Shown here: in pieces, positions 1-8,534 of the stretch
Layout of the letters: every line of letters begins with the position of its first letter
Position numbering within the stretch: position 1 is the stretch's first letter
IMG/VR virus record: IMGVR_UViG_2802429251_000001
From: a virus
Taxonomy: Duplodnaviria; Heunggongvirae; Uroviricota; Caudoviricetes
Direction: 5' to 3' (one strand)
Length of the DNA stretch: 20,174 nucleotides
Translations under genes and position numbers: made by a program
The notes under the pieces: generated by a model
Seen by the model: only the letters and a program-made list of their open reading frames with translations
Database searches by the model: none
Told to the model about the DNA's origin: nothing

Positions 1-1814
1 ATCGTATCGGAGCCTTTTGACGCAGCCAGGTAGAAGGTGGTCTGGCTGTTATCATCAAGACGAGGCTCTGCAATAACGGTCGCAAAATCTTTCACCGGGT
101 TAATAATACCGGCGTTAATGTCAGCCCCCTTGACACTTGAGGAGCGAATGACCTGGTTAGCAACAGACTCCATCGCCGTCGGTACCAGTACGAACGCAGG
201 ACGAATATTCAGATGACGCTCCCCCTCTTTCTGAACACGCATCAACTGGCGGGCTTTATCCAGCGATGCCACGTCCATTGCAGCGTCCTCCAGTACGTTT
301 GCATGTTTCGCTTTATCGAACAGACTTACATTATCTGTGGAGATTTTCGGGTTAGACGTCAGAATGGCATAAACCAGATCGGCAATAGTGGATTTCGCCG
401 CACGGCCCAGCTTCATCGGGACATCGGTCAGCATATTCAGATCATCATTGATAATGGCCTGACGGGTGATACTGAACAGCTCGCCATAGGTCGCCAGTGC
501 AATAGTGGCCTGTTTATCTCCGGTGGTGACGTATTTATATTCCGCCCCTTCACGCACCTGACGCAGAGCACTGAAGCCCCCCATACCCACGCGATGGGCA
601 ATTTTAAAATCAGACAACTGACCTTTCCGCGTCCACTGTTCATAGGTTTCAGGGGCATCCTCCCAGCCCTGCAGAATGGCTTTGTTCGCAACATCCAGCA
701 GAATATTACCGAAGTCAGACGTACTGTGTGTGAACGCCGCACCGACCATCTGCATCGGGTTATAACCGGAAACCCCAATACCCCGTTCAGTCAGTGACAT
801 ACGGGCATATTCACGCAGGGTCATCCCGTTGTAGACATTATCACGTTCGGTTTTTTCAAATCCGGCACGCGCCATCAGCGCCTGGCGGATCCCGTCCCCC
901 ACAAAATTACCGTTACCGGCATAAATATGAGCCGGGGTATTTTTATTGGATGGCGTGGACTCGCGCCCCATCTCGTTCAACAGCTTTTCGCGGGCCTGCT
1001 CCAGCGAACATTCAGGATCGGCAAGACACTGAGCCTGCAGCGTCTGATAACGCCCGCCAAACATGGCAAACAGATCATTAATACCGTTTACACGCGCTTT
1101 TTGCTCTGCCAGTACCTGCGCACGGATACTGTTTTCATCCACCACGGGTGCTGCTGCCTGCACTGGCGTCCGGGAGGCTGCAGGTTCATCATCCTGTACG
1201 CGTGGAGCACTGTTGCGTGGCGGAGTAATCATGTTTCGAATGGATTCCGGCATCTTTTTAAATTCCTCTGTACGTTTTGACTGAATACATGCCATTGCCT
1301 TAACGGCTGGCGTCACCTGATCAGCAAATCCATGTGCCAGACATTCGGCACCGGACATCCAGGTCTCATCCGCCAGCATGGCAGCAATTTCATCGGTGGT
1401 TTTCCCGGTTTTCTGTGCATAAGCGGGTAACAGAACCGCCTCAACCTTATCGAGCAGGTCGGCATAGGTGCGCATGTCCTCCGCATCACCGCCCGTAAAG
1501 CCAAATGGTTTATGAATCATCATGAAGGTGTTTTCCGGCATAATGACCGGTTTTCCCACCATCGCAATGACCGACGCCATTGACGCCGCCACACCGTCGA
1601 CATAAACGGTAATGGACGCACCATGTGTTTTCAGCGCATTAAAAATGGCGATGCCTTCAAAGACATCGCCACCCGGTGAATTGATATGGAGATTAATGTG
1701 GGTGATATCGCCCAGTGCATTCAGATCACTGATAAACTGCTTCGCTGTAACACCCCAGAAACCAATCTCGTCATAAATATAAATATCCGCGTCACTCTGG
1801 TGACCAGCCTGCAT
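1..1814 (-). CDS. Prohead protease (ClpP/S14-like N-terminal domain) fused to a capsid-type C-terminal region; partial, starts at ATG 1814 and runs off the left edge
   Basis: Absent from the ORF track because it has no stop inside the window. My hand translation of the minus strand from ATG 1814-1812 reads MQAGHQSDADIYIYDEIGFWGV... with ClpP-like motifs (INSPGGDVFEGIAIFNALK, GVAASMASVIAM, MIHKP) and appears open to position 1. Plus-strand ORFs at 213-1284 look like antisense shadows. Sits directly downstream of the portal gene. Confidence 0.65.
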   Translation of the reverse strand, partial: MQAGHQSDADIYIYDEIGFWGVTAKQFISDLNALGDITHINLHINSPGGDVFEGIAIFNALKTHGASITVYVDGVAASMASVIAMVGKPVIMPENTFMMIHKPFGFTGGDAEDMRTYADLLDKVEAVLLPAYAQKTGKTTDEIAAMLADETWMSGAECLAHGFADQVTPAVKAMACIQSKRTEEFKKMPESIRNMITPPRNSAPRVQDDEPAASRTPVQAAAPVVDENSIRAQVLAEQKARVNGINDLFAMFGGRYQTLQAQCLADPECSLEQAREKLLNEMGRESTPSNKNTPAHIYAGNGNFVGDGIRQALMARAGFEKTERDNVYNGMTLREYARMSLTERGIGVSGYNPMQMVGAAFTHSTSDFGNILLDVANKAILQGWEDAPETYEQWTRKGQLSDFKIAHRVGMGGFSALRQVREGAEYKYVTTGDKQATIALATYGELFSITRQAIINDDLNMLTDVPMKLGRAAKSTIADLVYAILTSNPKISTDNVSLFDKAKHANVLEDAAMDVASLDKARQLMRVQKEGERHLNIRPAFVLVPTAMESVANQVIRSSSVKGADINAGIINPVKDFATVIAEPRLDDNSQTTFYLAASKGSDT

Positions 1815-1827
1815 CCTGAACCAGGAA

Positions 1828-3336
1828 TTATTCTTCGGACTGGTCGTCGGTGTGCTGCGGCTCCTGTCGTTTCGTTGCGGCACTGCTGCCTCCTTTATCA
1901 CTGGCCGGATCGGTATCAAATACCAGATCCAGCTTGCGGTTTTCATCAATTTCGGCCTTGCGCCGACGTTTGACATCATCCGGATTACGACCACCTGCAC
2001 GTACCCAGTCTGATTCTGTCGCCGCTCCACCACGAATCTGGATTTTCCAGGCCTCAGCCTCCTTAACAGGGTCAATCCACGGCATCACCGGTCCGGAATA
2101 CACCGCGGTATACAGTGAAGAACGGTCAAGATCGCGGGGTAGCCTGATAACACCGGATGCCACAGCCTGTTTCAGCCAGGCACGGTACATCGGGCGGGTG
2201 ACGGCACCAATAAACCAGTCCTGCAGGATCAGGTAGCCATCAGTGGATTCAACCAGCTCCTGACGCTGGGCGCTGTAAGTGCCGTTATAGTTGCGCGCTG
2301 TACTGGAAAAACTCAGACGACTGCCAGCCGCCACTGCACGCAACTGACCATTACGAAAAGTTTCAAGATTAGGATTGGGGCGATCCGACTTCACCATTCC
2401 GATTTCTTCGCCGGGTTTCAGATCGTCGTAAATAATGCCTGGCTGAATGGTAAGCTCGCGTTCCTTATCCTTGCTGCCATTACCATCCGGTTCATAGCTC
2501 TGCCCGTCGCCTTTGCGGATGTACATCCCCAGAGCAGCGGCGATCCTTGCTGCAGTCAGCTCATAATCTTCATAATCTTTCAGGGCACTGAGGCGGATCA
2601 GCACACCGGACAACAAAGACGTCCCGCGCATCTGGTGCAGACGGCGAACAAATTTAAGATGCAGCATTCGCTCTGCATCCACTTCTTTGGTTTCCATCTG
2701 CCGTCCGGATACGGGACGGCTTTTATACACCAGATATTTTTCGGGACGCCCCCAGTCATCAACAAACACGCCCTGATTCAGCCTGTTGCTCTCATCACTG
2801 GTCATGGGAATAAAGTCTGGCTCGAGCGCCTCCAGCCAGAAATGAACACCGGCAGAAGGCGTCAGGCTGTTTATGCGCCCGGAAACCATCTGGGCAAACA
2901 CCTCACCATCGCGCAGCCAGGTACGCAGCATCAGACGTTCCAGCATCGGACGGGTAAACTGCCCGGTGACTTCCGGGCTGACAGACCATTCACTCCATCG
3001 GGTGCGAATCTCCGCTGCCAGATCACGGGCAATGGCCCCATTGCGTAATACCGGATGTGGCTCGACAATAATCCCGTTTTTCCCCACCACCCGTTCTTCC
3101 AGCTTGTCAAATACACCAATAACCAGATCGTGGTTGTTATCAAGGTAACGGGCCTGCTCACGTAACGACACGGCCCCGTACTGGCTTAGCTGGTCGGCAG
3201 TTCGGTTCTCCCGTCGGGCTTTGTGTGTCCGCGTCGTTTTTACGGCTTCATAAGCCTGGATCACCGCACGGGAACGCAGCCTTGCCGCTTTCCATCCAGG
3301 TGAAAAAACGCCAATCACATCATCAAGAATTGCCAT
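1828..3336 (-). CDS. Portal protein
   Basis: Track ORF 1828..3408 (526 aa). I place the start at the internal Met (MAILDD..., ATG at 3336), which overlaps the stop of the upstream gpW-like gene in an ATGA arrangement. Size of about 500 aa and position between gpW-like gene and prohead protease match lambda-type head gene order. Confidence 0.75.
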   Translation of the reverse strand: MAILDDVIGVFSPGWKAARLRSRAVIQAYEAVKTTRTHKARRENRTADQLSQYGAVSLREQARYLDNNHDLVIGVFDKLEERVVGKNGIIVEPHPVLRNGAIARDLAAEIRTRWSEWSVSPEVTGQFTRPMLERLMLRTWLRDGEVFAQMVSGRINSLTPSAGVHFWLEALEPDFIPMTSDESNRLNQGVFVDDWGRPEKYLVYKSRPVSGRQMETKEVDAERMLHLKFVRRLHQMRGTSLLSGVLIRLSALKDYEDYELTAARIAAALGMYIRKGDGQSYEPDGNGSKDKERELTIQPGIIYDDLKPGEEIGMVKSDRPNPNLETFRNGQLRAVAAGSRLSFSSTARNYNGTYSAQRQELVESTDGYLILQDWFIGAVTRPMYRAWLKQAVASGVIRLPRDLDRSSLYTAVYSGPVMPWIDPVKEAEAWKIQIRGGAATESDWVRAGGRNPDDVKRRRKAEIDENRKLDLVFDTDPASDKGGSSAATKRQEPQHTDDQSEE

Positions 3337-3554
3337 CAGAACCTCGCCAGCCGGTACCCGGGATGCCCCCGTCGTCGTGTAATCAGAGCCGCAAGGCGGC
3401 GCTCCCACTCCTGCCGTCCCTGCCGGATCTCAGATAAGTTTTCCATGGTCATCTGCTGACCATTAAAGGTGACGGATTTTCCGTCCAGCACCGCCATTTC
3501 AGCTTCCATATAACGCTGAATCATGGCTTCGATATCATTCTGGTTCATAACCAT
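3336..3554 (-). CDS. gpW-like head-tail joining / head completion protein
   Basis: 72 aa ORF between large terminase and portal, the position of lambda W. C-terminal pattern ...LAALITRRRGHPG resembles my recollection of lambda gpW (...RRRGPAG). Start overlaps the terminase stop. Confidence 0.6.
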   Translation of the reverse strand: MVMNQNDIEAMIQRYMEAEMAVLDGKSVTFNGQQMTMENLSEIRQGRQEWERRLAALITRRRGHPGYRLARF

Positions 3555-5647
3555 CCTCCGGAAGTCAGCCAGGGGTTAACATCGTCAGTTACTGTTTTCT
3601 TCCGTTTTTGTTTTTTAACAGGCGTGGATACCGGTTCCGGTGAGGATGACGGTTCGGTACTGTCCTGGACACACTCCAGCCAGGTTTCCCGGCTCGCCCA
3701 CTCCGGTGCATCCGGCCAGCGGATCTTTTCGTATCCATGCAGAATGACCAGAGCCTCGGCATACACCATCAGGTCAAAAGCTTCGTTGGCACCGCGACCC
3801 GGCTTACTCCATTTCCCGTCACTGCTCCGCTCTTCATACGTCAGTTCGTCGTAAAACCAGCTCCCCAGCCAGTCAGGGAAATGCACATAGCCGGGACCTG
3901 GCGAGTCACGCCATAACGCGTTATTCACCCGGTCTTTCAGTGCATCCGTCTGAAGAAGCCAGAGCGGCACATCACCTGCGGCCTGCGCCCGTCGGCCCGT
4001 TCGTCCGGTGTTATCAGGGAATGTACGGGTGATCAGTTTTGCGCGCCGGATGCTGTCGCCCTTAAACAGGTAAATACGTTTACCAAGGCCATCACGACGG
4101 CAACGACGCCAGAATTTATAGGCATTATCAGTGACCCCGTCTTCACCGCCGGAGTCCACCGCCATTGCCATCAGTCGCATTTGTTGAGAAGGATCGGAGG
4201 CTAGCGGCCAGCTTTTATGAAAAACATCCGTCAGCAGGACATCCCAGTCTTCCGGATAGCTGGCCGGATCAATTCGCTGGCTCTCCCCGTCGCTGTCACC
4301 GCGTAATGACTGCGTGATGTTGTAACGATCAATAATCCAGCGTTCGCCACGGCTGCCATAGCCCGTTACCTGAACCACAAAACGGCGATGACGTCCCGCC
4401 TGCACATCCACTGTCGCCACAAGGAAATTAACGCCATCCGGCACACTGCGGGAAGGAACTGGCTCTGCCCGCTGCTCAAGCAGTTCACTTTTTCGTTGCT
4501 CCATGCTGGCGCGGGGAAGATAAGGTAATCCCCAGTCGGTATTGATAACCGTCTTGAGTGTTTCTTCACTTCCGGTTGTCTCGTATTCCTGTTCTGCAGT
4601 AAGCAGTTTGTAAACGAGTTGCGAGAGTGTCTGGTAAGCAGCTGCCGGACCCTCCATCCAGAATGACGCAATACGTGAGCGTCGGGGATCACCATAACGA
4701 CTGCCATCCGCATTGATGGATTCACCATCCCGCAACCAGACCCCACGTCCGTTCAGCTCACGTTTGTGTTCAGGCATAATCCGTCCTGAACAGGAAGGAC
4801 ACTGAATATAAGCCGCCTCACTTGCCAGCACGGGATCGGCAATATCACGGAAACCAGCAACCACATCGCCGCAGGGCTGAAAATACTCACCACAGTGTGG
4901 ACAGGGCCAGTACCAGCGACGGCGATCACCACGGTTATAGAGCGACAGGATCCCCGTGGTTGGTGGAGCCTCATGCGGTGAAGTCCGTCGCCATTTCACA
5001 TCCTTCACATCCCTGCCGGGGGAACTCTCCACCAACGTCATACCGCTGGACATAAATGTGGTGGTACGTTTTGAGGCAAGAGAGAAGGCATCCCCCTCGC
5101 CATCAATATCTTCCGGAAAACGGTCATAATCCGTCAGCGCGACGCATTTATAATCTGATGAGGACATGATATTGACTGACGGCCAGCCGATTTTCAGGTA
5201 GTTGCCAGCAAGGAATGTTCTGTCATAAACGTTGTTGTCATTTTTGTTCGGACTCAGGCGACTGACCACTTCCGGGCTGACGCGAAACGTTCTGGCGAGT
5301 CGTTTTTTGGAGTGTTCGCGGGCTTTTTCCTCCGTCATCTGAATGATCAGCATATCAGCAGGATCGCAAATCACGTTGTAAATCACCCAGCCGTCAATCA
5401 GGCCGATAGTCTTGCCGGTTCGTGCCGGGCCAACAAATATCACTGCGTCGTATTCACGCGAGGCCAGGCAGTTCATCGGCTCAATAACATACGGTGCCAC
5501 CAGCGGATCCCACGGGACTGAGTTCCCGGCCCCCATGGGCACCCGCATATACTGAGCAACGGCATCAGCAACCCGCATTCGTCTCGGTGCGCGAAGGATA
5601 TAACCTGAATCGGTTCGTGCTGCCTTTGCGGTTTCCTGATTCAGCAT
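3545..5647 (-). CDS. Terminase large subunit (GpA family)
   Basis: 700 aa ORF with N-terminal Walker A (VIFVGPARTGKT), Cys cluster (CPHCGEYF...CPSC) and strong RBS (AGGAGGAG) before the ATG. Start overlaps the stop of the upstream small-subunit gene by 1 nt (TAATG). Confidence 0.85.
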   Translation of the reverse strand: MLNQETAKAARTDSGYILRAPRRMRVADAVAQYMRVPMGAGNSVPWDPLVAPYVIEPMNCLASREYDAVIFVGPARTGKTIGLIDGWVIYNVICDPADMLIIQMTEEKAREHSKKRLARTFRVSPEVVSRLSPNKNDNNVYDRTFLAGNYLKIGWPSVNIMSSSDYKCVALTDYDRFPEDIDGEGDAFSLASKRTTTFMSSGMTLVESSPGRDVKDVKWRRTSPHEAPPTTGILSLYNRGDRRRWYWPCPHCGEYFQPCGDVVAGFRDIADPVLASEAAYIQCPSCSGRIMPEHKRELNGRGVWLRDGESINADGSRYGDPRRSRIASFWMEGPAAAYQTLSQLVYKLLTAEQEYETTGSEETLKTVINTDWGLPYLPRASMEQRKSELLEQRAEPVPSRSVPDGVNFLVATVDVQAGRHRRFVVQVTGYGSRGERWIIDRYNITQSLRGDSDGESQRIDPASYPEDWDVLLTDVFHKSWPLASDPSQQMRLMAMAVDSGGEDGVTDNAYKFWRRCRRDGLGKRIYLFKGDSIRRAKLITRTFPDNTGRTGRRAQAAGDVPLWLLQTDALKDRVNNALWRDSPGPGYVHFPDWLGSWFYDELTYEERSSDGKWSKPGRGANEAFDLMVYAEALVILHGYEKIRWPDAPEWASRETWLECVQDSTEPSSSPEPVSTPVKKQKRKKTVTDDVNPWLTSGGWL

Positions 5648-6141
5648 TACTCCTCCTGCTGTAATTCCTCCTCATCATCCGCACCTGCTTCAGTCACCCG
5701 CAGGGCTATCTGATCGCGCAGATCATCAATAATGGACTGAACACGGCTCACAGCGGCAGGCTGCAGACCGCAGTCACGTTCAAGAATATCCGGTAATGTC
5801 TCCAGCACCTGCACGACCGCTTTTGCCCAGATGGCAAACTCCCGTCTGACATCACTGGCCGGAATGAGTTGTGCCGTTTCCTGTTCGAACTTAAGACGCT
5901 CACGTTCAGACTGATACCAGGCTTTGCGCTCATGCGCGTCCATTTCGCCTTCTGCAACCGGCGGTGGTAATGCCAGAAATGCCGACACAATATCAACCAC
6001 CCGATAAAGCTTGAGGTTGCTTTCATGCCCCCCTGCAACGGGTAGATTTTGCAGCCTTGCCGCAGCAGTCTGGCGATGTACACCTGACAGTGCCGCCAGT
6101 TGACTGATATTCAGCGTCAGATTTTTTAACTCTCGATCCAT
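5647..6141 (-). CDS. Terminase small subunit (putative)
   Basis: 164 aa ORF immediately upstream of and overlapping the large terminase. N-terminal HTH-like segment (NISQLAALSGVHRQTAAARL), acidic C-terminus. Lies about 180 bp downstream of the cos-like sequence. Not similar to lambda Nu1 as far as I can recall. Confidence 0.6.
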   Translation of the reverse strand: MDRELKNLTLNISQLAALSGVHRQTAAARLQNLPVAGGHESNLKLYRVVDIVSAFLALPPPVAEGEMDAHERKAWYQSERERLKFEQETAQLIPASDVRREFAIWAKAVVQVLETLPDILERDCGLQPAAVSRVQSIIDDLRDQIALRVTEAGADDEEELQQEE

Positions 6142-6294
6142 ACCCGCTCCAGAATGTTTTAAACATGCATCTTGCGAACAACTTTAGGCAAACGGTGTTA
6201 GTGGTGAACAAAAAACAATCAAAATCGACACCATAAAAATAAAATCACCGTAATATCAATACATTACAGTAGTGGTGATGACGAATGAAATTTC

Positions 6295-6345
6295 AAAAAC
6301 TAGCCTTTTTCCGCGCCGCTCCCGCCCCGTGGCAGGCCACCCCAC
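6295..6345. other. Putative cos site (cosN-like)
   Basis: Minus-strand sequence ACGGGGCGGGAGCGGCGCGGAAAAAGGCTAGTTTTTGAAATTTC resembles my recollection of lambda cos (ACGGGGCGGCGACCTCGCGGGTTTTCGCTATTTATGAAAATTTTCC). It sits about 180 bp upstream of the small terminase gene, as cosN does for Nu1. GTGGTGA-containing repeats at 6204-6283 could be small-terminase binding sites. Exact cut sites not determinable by eye. Confidence 0.4.
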
Positions 6346-6721
6346 CGGGAGGACCCGTCAGCCTGACAGCTCTGACGAACGTCTGATACAACGCCTTGCA
6401 TGAATGGCATCGGGATAATCCAGAAAGGCATAGCATCGTGCCCACAAGAATCTGTGTAAGTGTCCTGTTTCTTCCCCCCCCGCACAGGACTGGCGAGCAT
6501 GAGGGACAAACCCGCGAACCATAAACGCGGTAAAAACCCGGTGTGCATCGTTTTTGATTATTCCCGCACACTCGCGCAGAAGGAGTTCCCCGTCGGGCTA
6601 CGGTCTCTGTTAATACGGGAATACGGCGACGATACAGCGCATGATGTGTCAGGCTTGAATACCTTTATCCGTTAAAAGGGATATCAGTTAAGCTATCCCG
6701 TGTAGGGTATAAGCCATTATC

Positions 6722-6750
6722 AAAGCCACTCTGTAGGGAGTGGCTTTTGT
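6722..6750 (+). terminator. Rho-independent terminator (plus strand)
   Basis: Perfect 10 bp inverted repeat AAAGCCACTC / GAGTGGCTTT with 6 nt loop, followed by TTTTG. Confidence 0.5.
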
Positions 6751-6757
6751 AATGGCA

Positions 6758-6782
6758 ATAAAAAGCCCCGCGAATGCGAGGC
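6758..6782 (-). terminator. Rho-independent terminator (minus strand), downstream of Rz
   Basis: Minus-strand RNA GCCUCGC-AUUC-GCGGGGC (7 bp stem with one G-U pair) followed by UUUUUAUU. Convergent with the plus-strand terminator at 6722-6750. Confidence 0.45.
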
Positions 6783-6956
6783 TAAATTCTGGTATTTGTA
6801 ATGACTGGCTCTTATCTCAACGCAGCCCCTTACCGCGCGCAAGATGCTCAATATCAAGCATCAGCAATGAGATGTTTAATCTGGATTCACTCCAGAAGTG
6901 ATCACCACCCTGTCTACAGAGCCAGATGTGAAGGATGATAAGTAAAATTATCGCTA

Positions 6957-7424
6957 TCATCGAAGGCATTGCGTCCTGATGTATTCCTGAAGCGTTCTCA
7001 GTGCTGTTTGGTCGCTGATGATTCCGTCCCGGATACCGAGAACGTTTCGTCCAGCAACTGGAGAGAGTTCGACGGTGGCATCATTGCCCATGCCGGAGGC
7101 GCTGGAGGTTTCGGCTGAGGATGGCACAGGGCATTTTCCTTTGACGAACACCCGACCACCATTATCAAGCTTGCGCCGAAGAGCATCATTTTCAGCTTTC
7201 GCATCAGCTAACTCCTTCGTGTATTTAGCATCGAGTGCATCAGCAGAACGCTGGCGCTGCTGCATGTCAGTAATGGTGGCGGTCGCCTGCTTCAGCTCAC
7301 TGACTTTTTTATCTCGCTGTTCTTTGTAGGCGATGGCGTTATCACGGTAATGATTGACCGCCCACGACAGGCAGACGATGATGCAGATAACCAGAGCGGA
7401 GATAATCGCGGTTACTCTGCTCAT
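6957..7424 (-). CDS. Rz: Rz i-spanin
   Basis: Translation [30 protein letters not shown]... closely matches my recollection of lambda Rz. ATG at 7424 overlaps the endolysin stop (ATGA); the track start at 7436 is a GTG extension. Confidence 0.9.
   Translation of the reverse strand: MSRVTAIISALVICIIVCLSWAVNHYRDNAIAYKEQRDKKVSELKQATATITDMQQRQRSADALDAKYTKELADAKAENDALRRKLDNGGRVFVKGKCPVPSSAETSSASGMGNDATVELSPVAGRNVLGIRDGIISDQTALRTLQEYIRTQCLR
6998..7204 (-). CDS. Rz1: Rz1 o-spanin lipoprotein, embedded in the +1 frame of Rz
   Basis: [21 protein letters not shown]...PKPPAPPAW: lipobox (VVGC) and proline-rich segment, closely resembling lambda Rz1 (MLKLKMML...). Entirely inside Rz in another frame. 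Confidence 0.85.
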   Translation of the reverse strand: MRKLKMMLFGASLIMVVGCSSKENALCHPQPKPPAPPAWAMMPPSNSLQLLDETFSVSGTESSATKQH

Positions 7425-7924
7425 TGTTGCCCCCACAAACAGACTTCACGCTCAATCTCACGACGAGTCATCAGGCCTTTCCATTGCTTACCGCCAGCGT
7501 ATGTCCAGCGACGTAGCTGGTCACATGCGCCTTTGATATCGCCCTGGTTTATTTTGCGAAGAAGCGTCGATGTTCTGAAATTGCCAGCACCCACGTTGTA
7601 GACGAACGAGTAAAGAGCGCCGCGCGTTGTTTCCGGTATATCGACTTTGATGTACGGGTTAATTTGTCTGGCGACCGTGGCAAGGTCTTTATTCAGGAGG
7701 GCTTTGCATTCTGCTTCGGTATACGTTTTACCGAGCATGATGTCTTTTCCGGTGTGTCCGTGACATACAGTCCATACGCCAACGATATCTTTGTATGGTA
7801 TGTAGCTGACACCTTCCAGGCCATCGTCACCACTTGGGCCAGTGATTAACACTGATGCTATAGCAATAGCCCCACCACTTATCGCCGCTATTACGCTATT
7901 TCGTAGTGCCGGTGACATTGCCAT
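7421..7924 (-). CDS. R: SAR endolysin (T4-lysozyme-like, phage 21 R-type)
   Basis: 167 aa with N-terminal Gly/Ala-rich weakly hydrophobic segment ([17 protein letters not shown]), typical of signal-anchor-release domains, and a lysozyme core ([16 protein letters not shown]...). Near-identical to my recollection of phage 21 R. Start overlaps the holin 3' end. Confidence 0.9.
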   Translation of the reverse strand: MAMSPALRNSVIAAISGGAIAIASVLITGPSGDDGLEGVSYIPYKDIVGVWTVCHGHTGKDIMLGKTYTEAECKALLNKDLATVARQINPYIKVDIPETTRGALYSFVYNVGAGNFRTSTLLRKINQGDIKGACDQLRRWTYAGGKQWKGLMTRREIEREVCLWGQQ

Positions 7925-8099
7925 TCAATCTGTCCTCGCGCTCTTTGCGCTTGTAGTACCAGTTGATGCCAAATGTGCCGACAGTACAAAGAATACCAAT
8001 GATGACAGCCCAGTCATTCAGGGAGAGGATGCCACCCATCGCAGTCAGTCCTCCGAAGCTGTAACTGAACCATTCTCTGATTTTGTCCATACGGTACAT
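7896..8099 (-). CDS. S: Class II holin (pinholin-like) with dual-start motif
   Basis: 67 aa, two predicted TM segments, starts M-Y-R-M-D-K (Met1 and Met4 separated by a basic residue, like S21 MKSMDK and lambda S MKM). Immediately upstream of the SAR endolysin. Confidence 0.75.
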   Translation of the reverse strand: MYRMDKIREWFSYSFGGLTAMGGILSLNDWAVIIGILCTVGTFGINWYYKRKEREDRLNGNVTGTTK

Positions 8100-8105
8100 G
8101 CTCTA

Positions 8106-8121
8106 CCCCTTCATTGAGGGG
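8106..8121 (-). promoter_or_regulatory. sdi-like RNA hairpin sequestering the holin ribosome-binding site
   Basis: Minus-strand CCCCUCAAUGAAGGGG directly upstream of the holin start, in the same position as the lambda CCCCUUAUUGGGGG sdi stem-loop. The leader from about 8122 to 8290 closely matches my recollection of lambda sequence upstream of S. Confidence 0.45.
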
Positions 8122-8395
8122 ATTTGCTCTATTTAATTAGGAATAAGGTCGATTACTGATAGAACAAATCCAGGCTACTGTGTTTAGTAATCAGATTTGT
8201 TCGTGACCGATATGCACGGGCAAAGCGGCAGGAGGTTGTTAGCGCAACCTCATGCCACCCGCTTTCACGAAGCCAGCCATTACGCTGGTTTTCTTTTATG
8301 CAAAGCACACCGCACCGTAGCCACAGCGGATAAGGTGATTATTTTTGTCTGTCTGGTATTTGGGTTGATGTGCTTTCAGAAAGGTCGTGATTAAA

Positions 8396-8432
8396 ACGCA
8401 AAAAGCCCCGAGCTATTAACTCAGGGCTTTAT
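8396..8432 (-). terminator. Promoter-proximal intrinsic terminator of the pR' transcript (tR' analogue)
   Basis: Minus-strand RNA AAAGCCCUGAG-UUAAUAG-CUCGGGGC (8 bp stem, one G-U) followed by UUUUUGCG, beginning about 27 nt after the predicted pR' start. Confidence 0.55.
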
Positions 8433-8463
8433 TTAACGAGTGCATTTATCCATCGTTGGGTCA

Positions 8464-8492
8464 AATTTACCCAACTTTATTCAAAAAGTCAA
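8464..8492 (-). promoter_or_regulatory. Late promoter pR' with probable Q-utilisation (qut) region
   Basis: Minus strand TTGACTTTTTGAATAAAGTTGGGTAAATTTGACCCAACGATGG: -35 TTGACT, 17 bp spacer, -10 TAAATT, nearly identical to my recollection of lambda pR'. Lies just downstream of Q. Confidence 0.7.
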
Positions 8493-8534
8493 TATCATGC
8501 CGTTAATATGTTGCCATCCGTGGCAATCATGCTG

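Noticed and set aside
213-1284. Plus-strand track ORFs (194, 95, 117 and 73 aa) at the left end
   Set aside because: They lie antisense to the long protease-capsid reading frame and lack convincing ribosome-binding sites; typical shadow ORFs.
1686-3437. Plus-strand track ORFs overlapping the portal gene (1686-1973, 1850-2236, 2635-3048, 2873-3148, 3225-3437) and the minus-strand ORF 2931-3161
   Set aside because: Overlapping or alternative frames of the portal coding sequence; no independent support.
6474-6481. C8 homopolymer tract as a phase-variation switch
   Set aside because: A single short homopolymer with no clearly associated gene; it could equally be sequencing noise or chance.
6293-6571. 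92 aa and 82 aa minus-strand ORFs
   Set aside because: GC-rich frames running across the cos-like sequence with no RBS; more likely non-coding.
8232-8262. Second hairpin as a functional terminator
   Set aside because: Stem has a mismatch and the U-tract is interrupted (GCUUUG), so I do not call it a terminator.
8197-8394. 65 aa plus-strand ORF in the late leader
   Set aside because: Antisense to the pR' leader, no RBS; the region is better explained as regulatory RNA sequence.
8100-8534. Toxin or tRNA cargo between Q and the holin
   Set aside because: Looked for it because this is the classical cargo site in lambdoid prophages; the interval is only about 430 bp and contains only promoter, terminator and leader elements.
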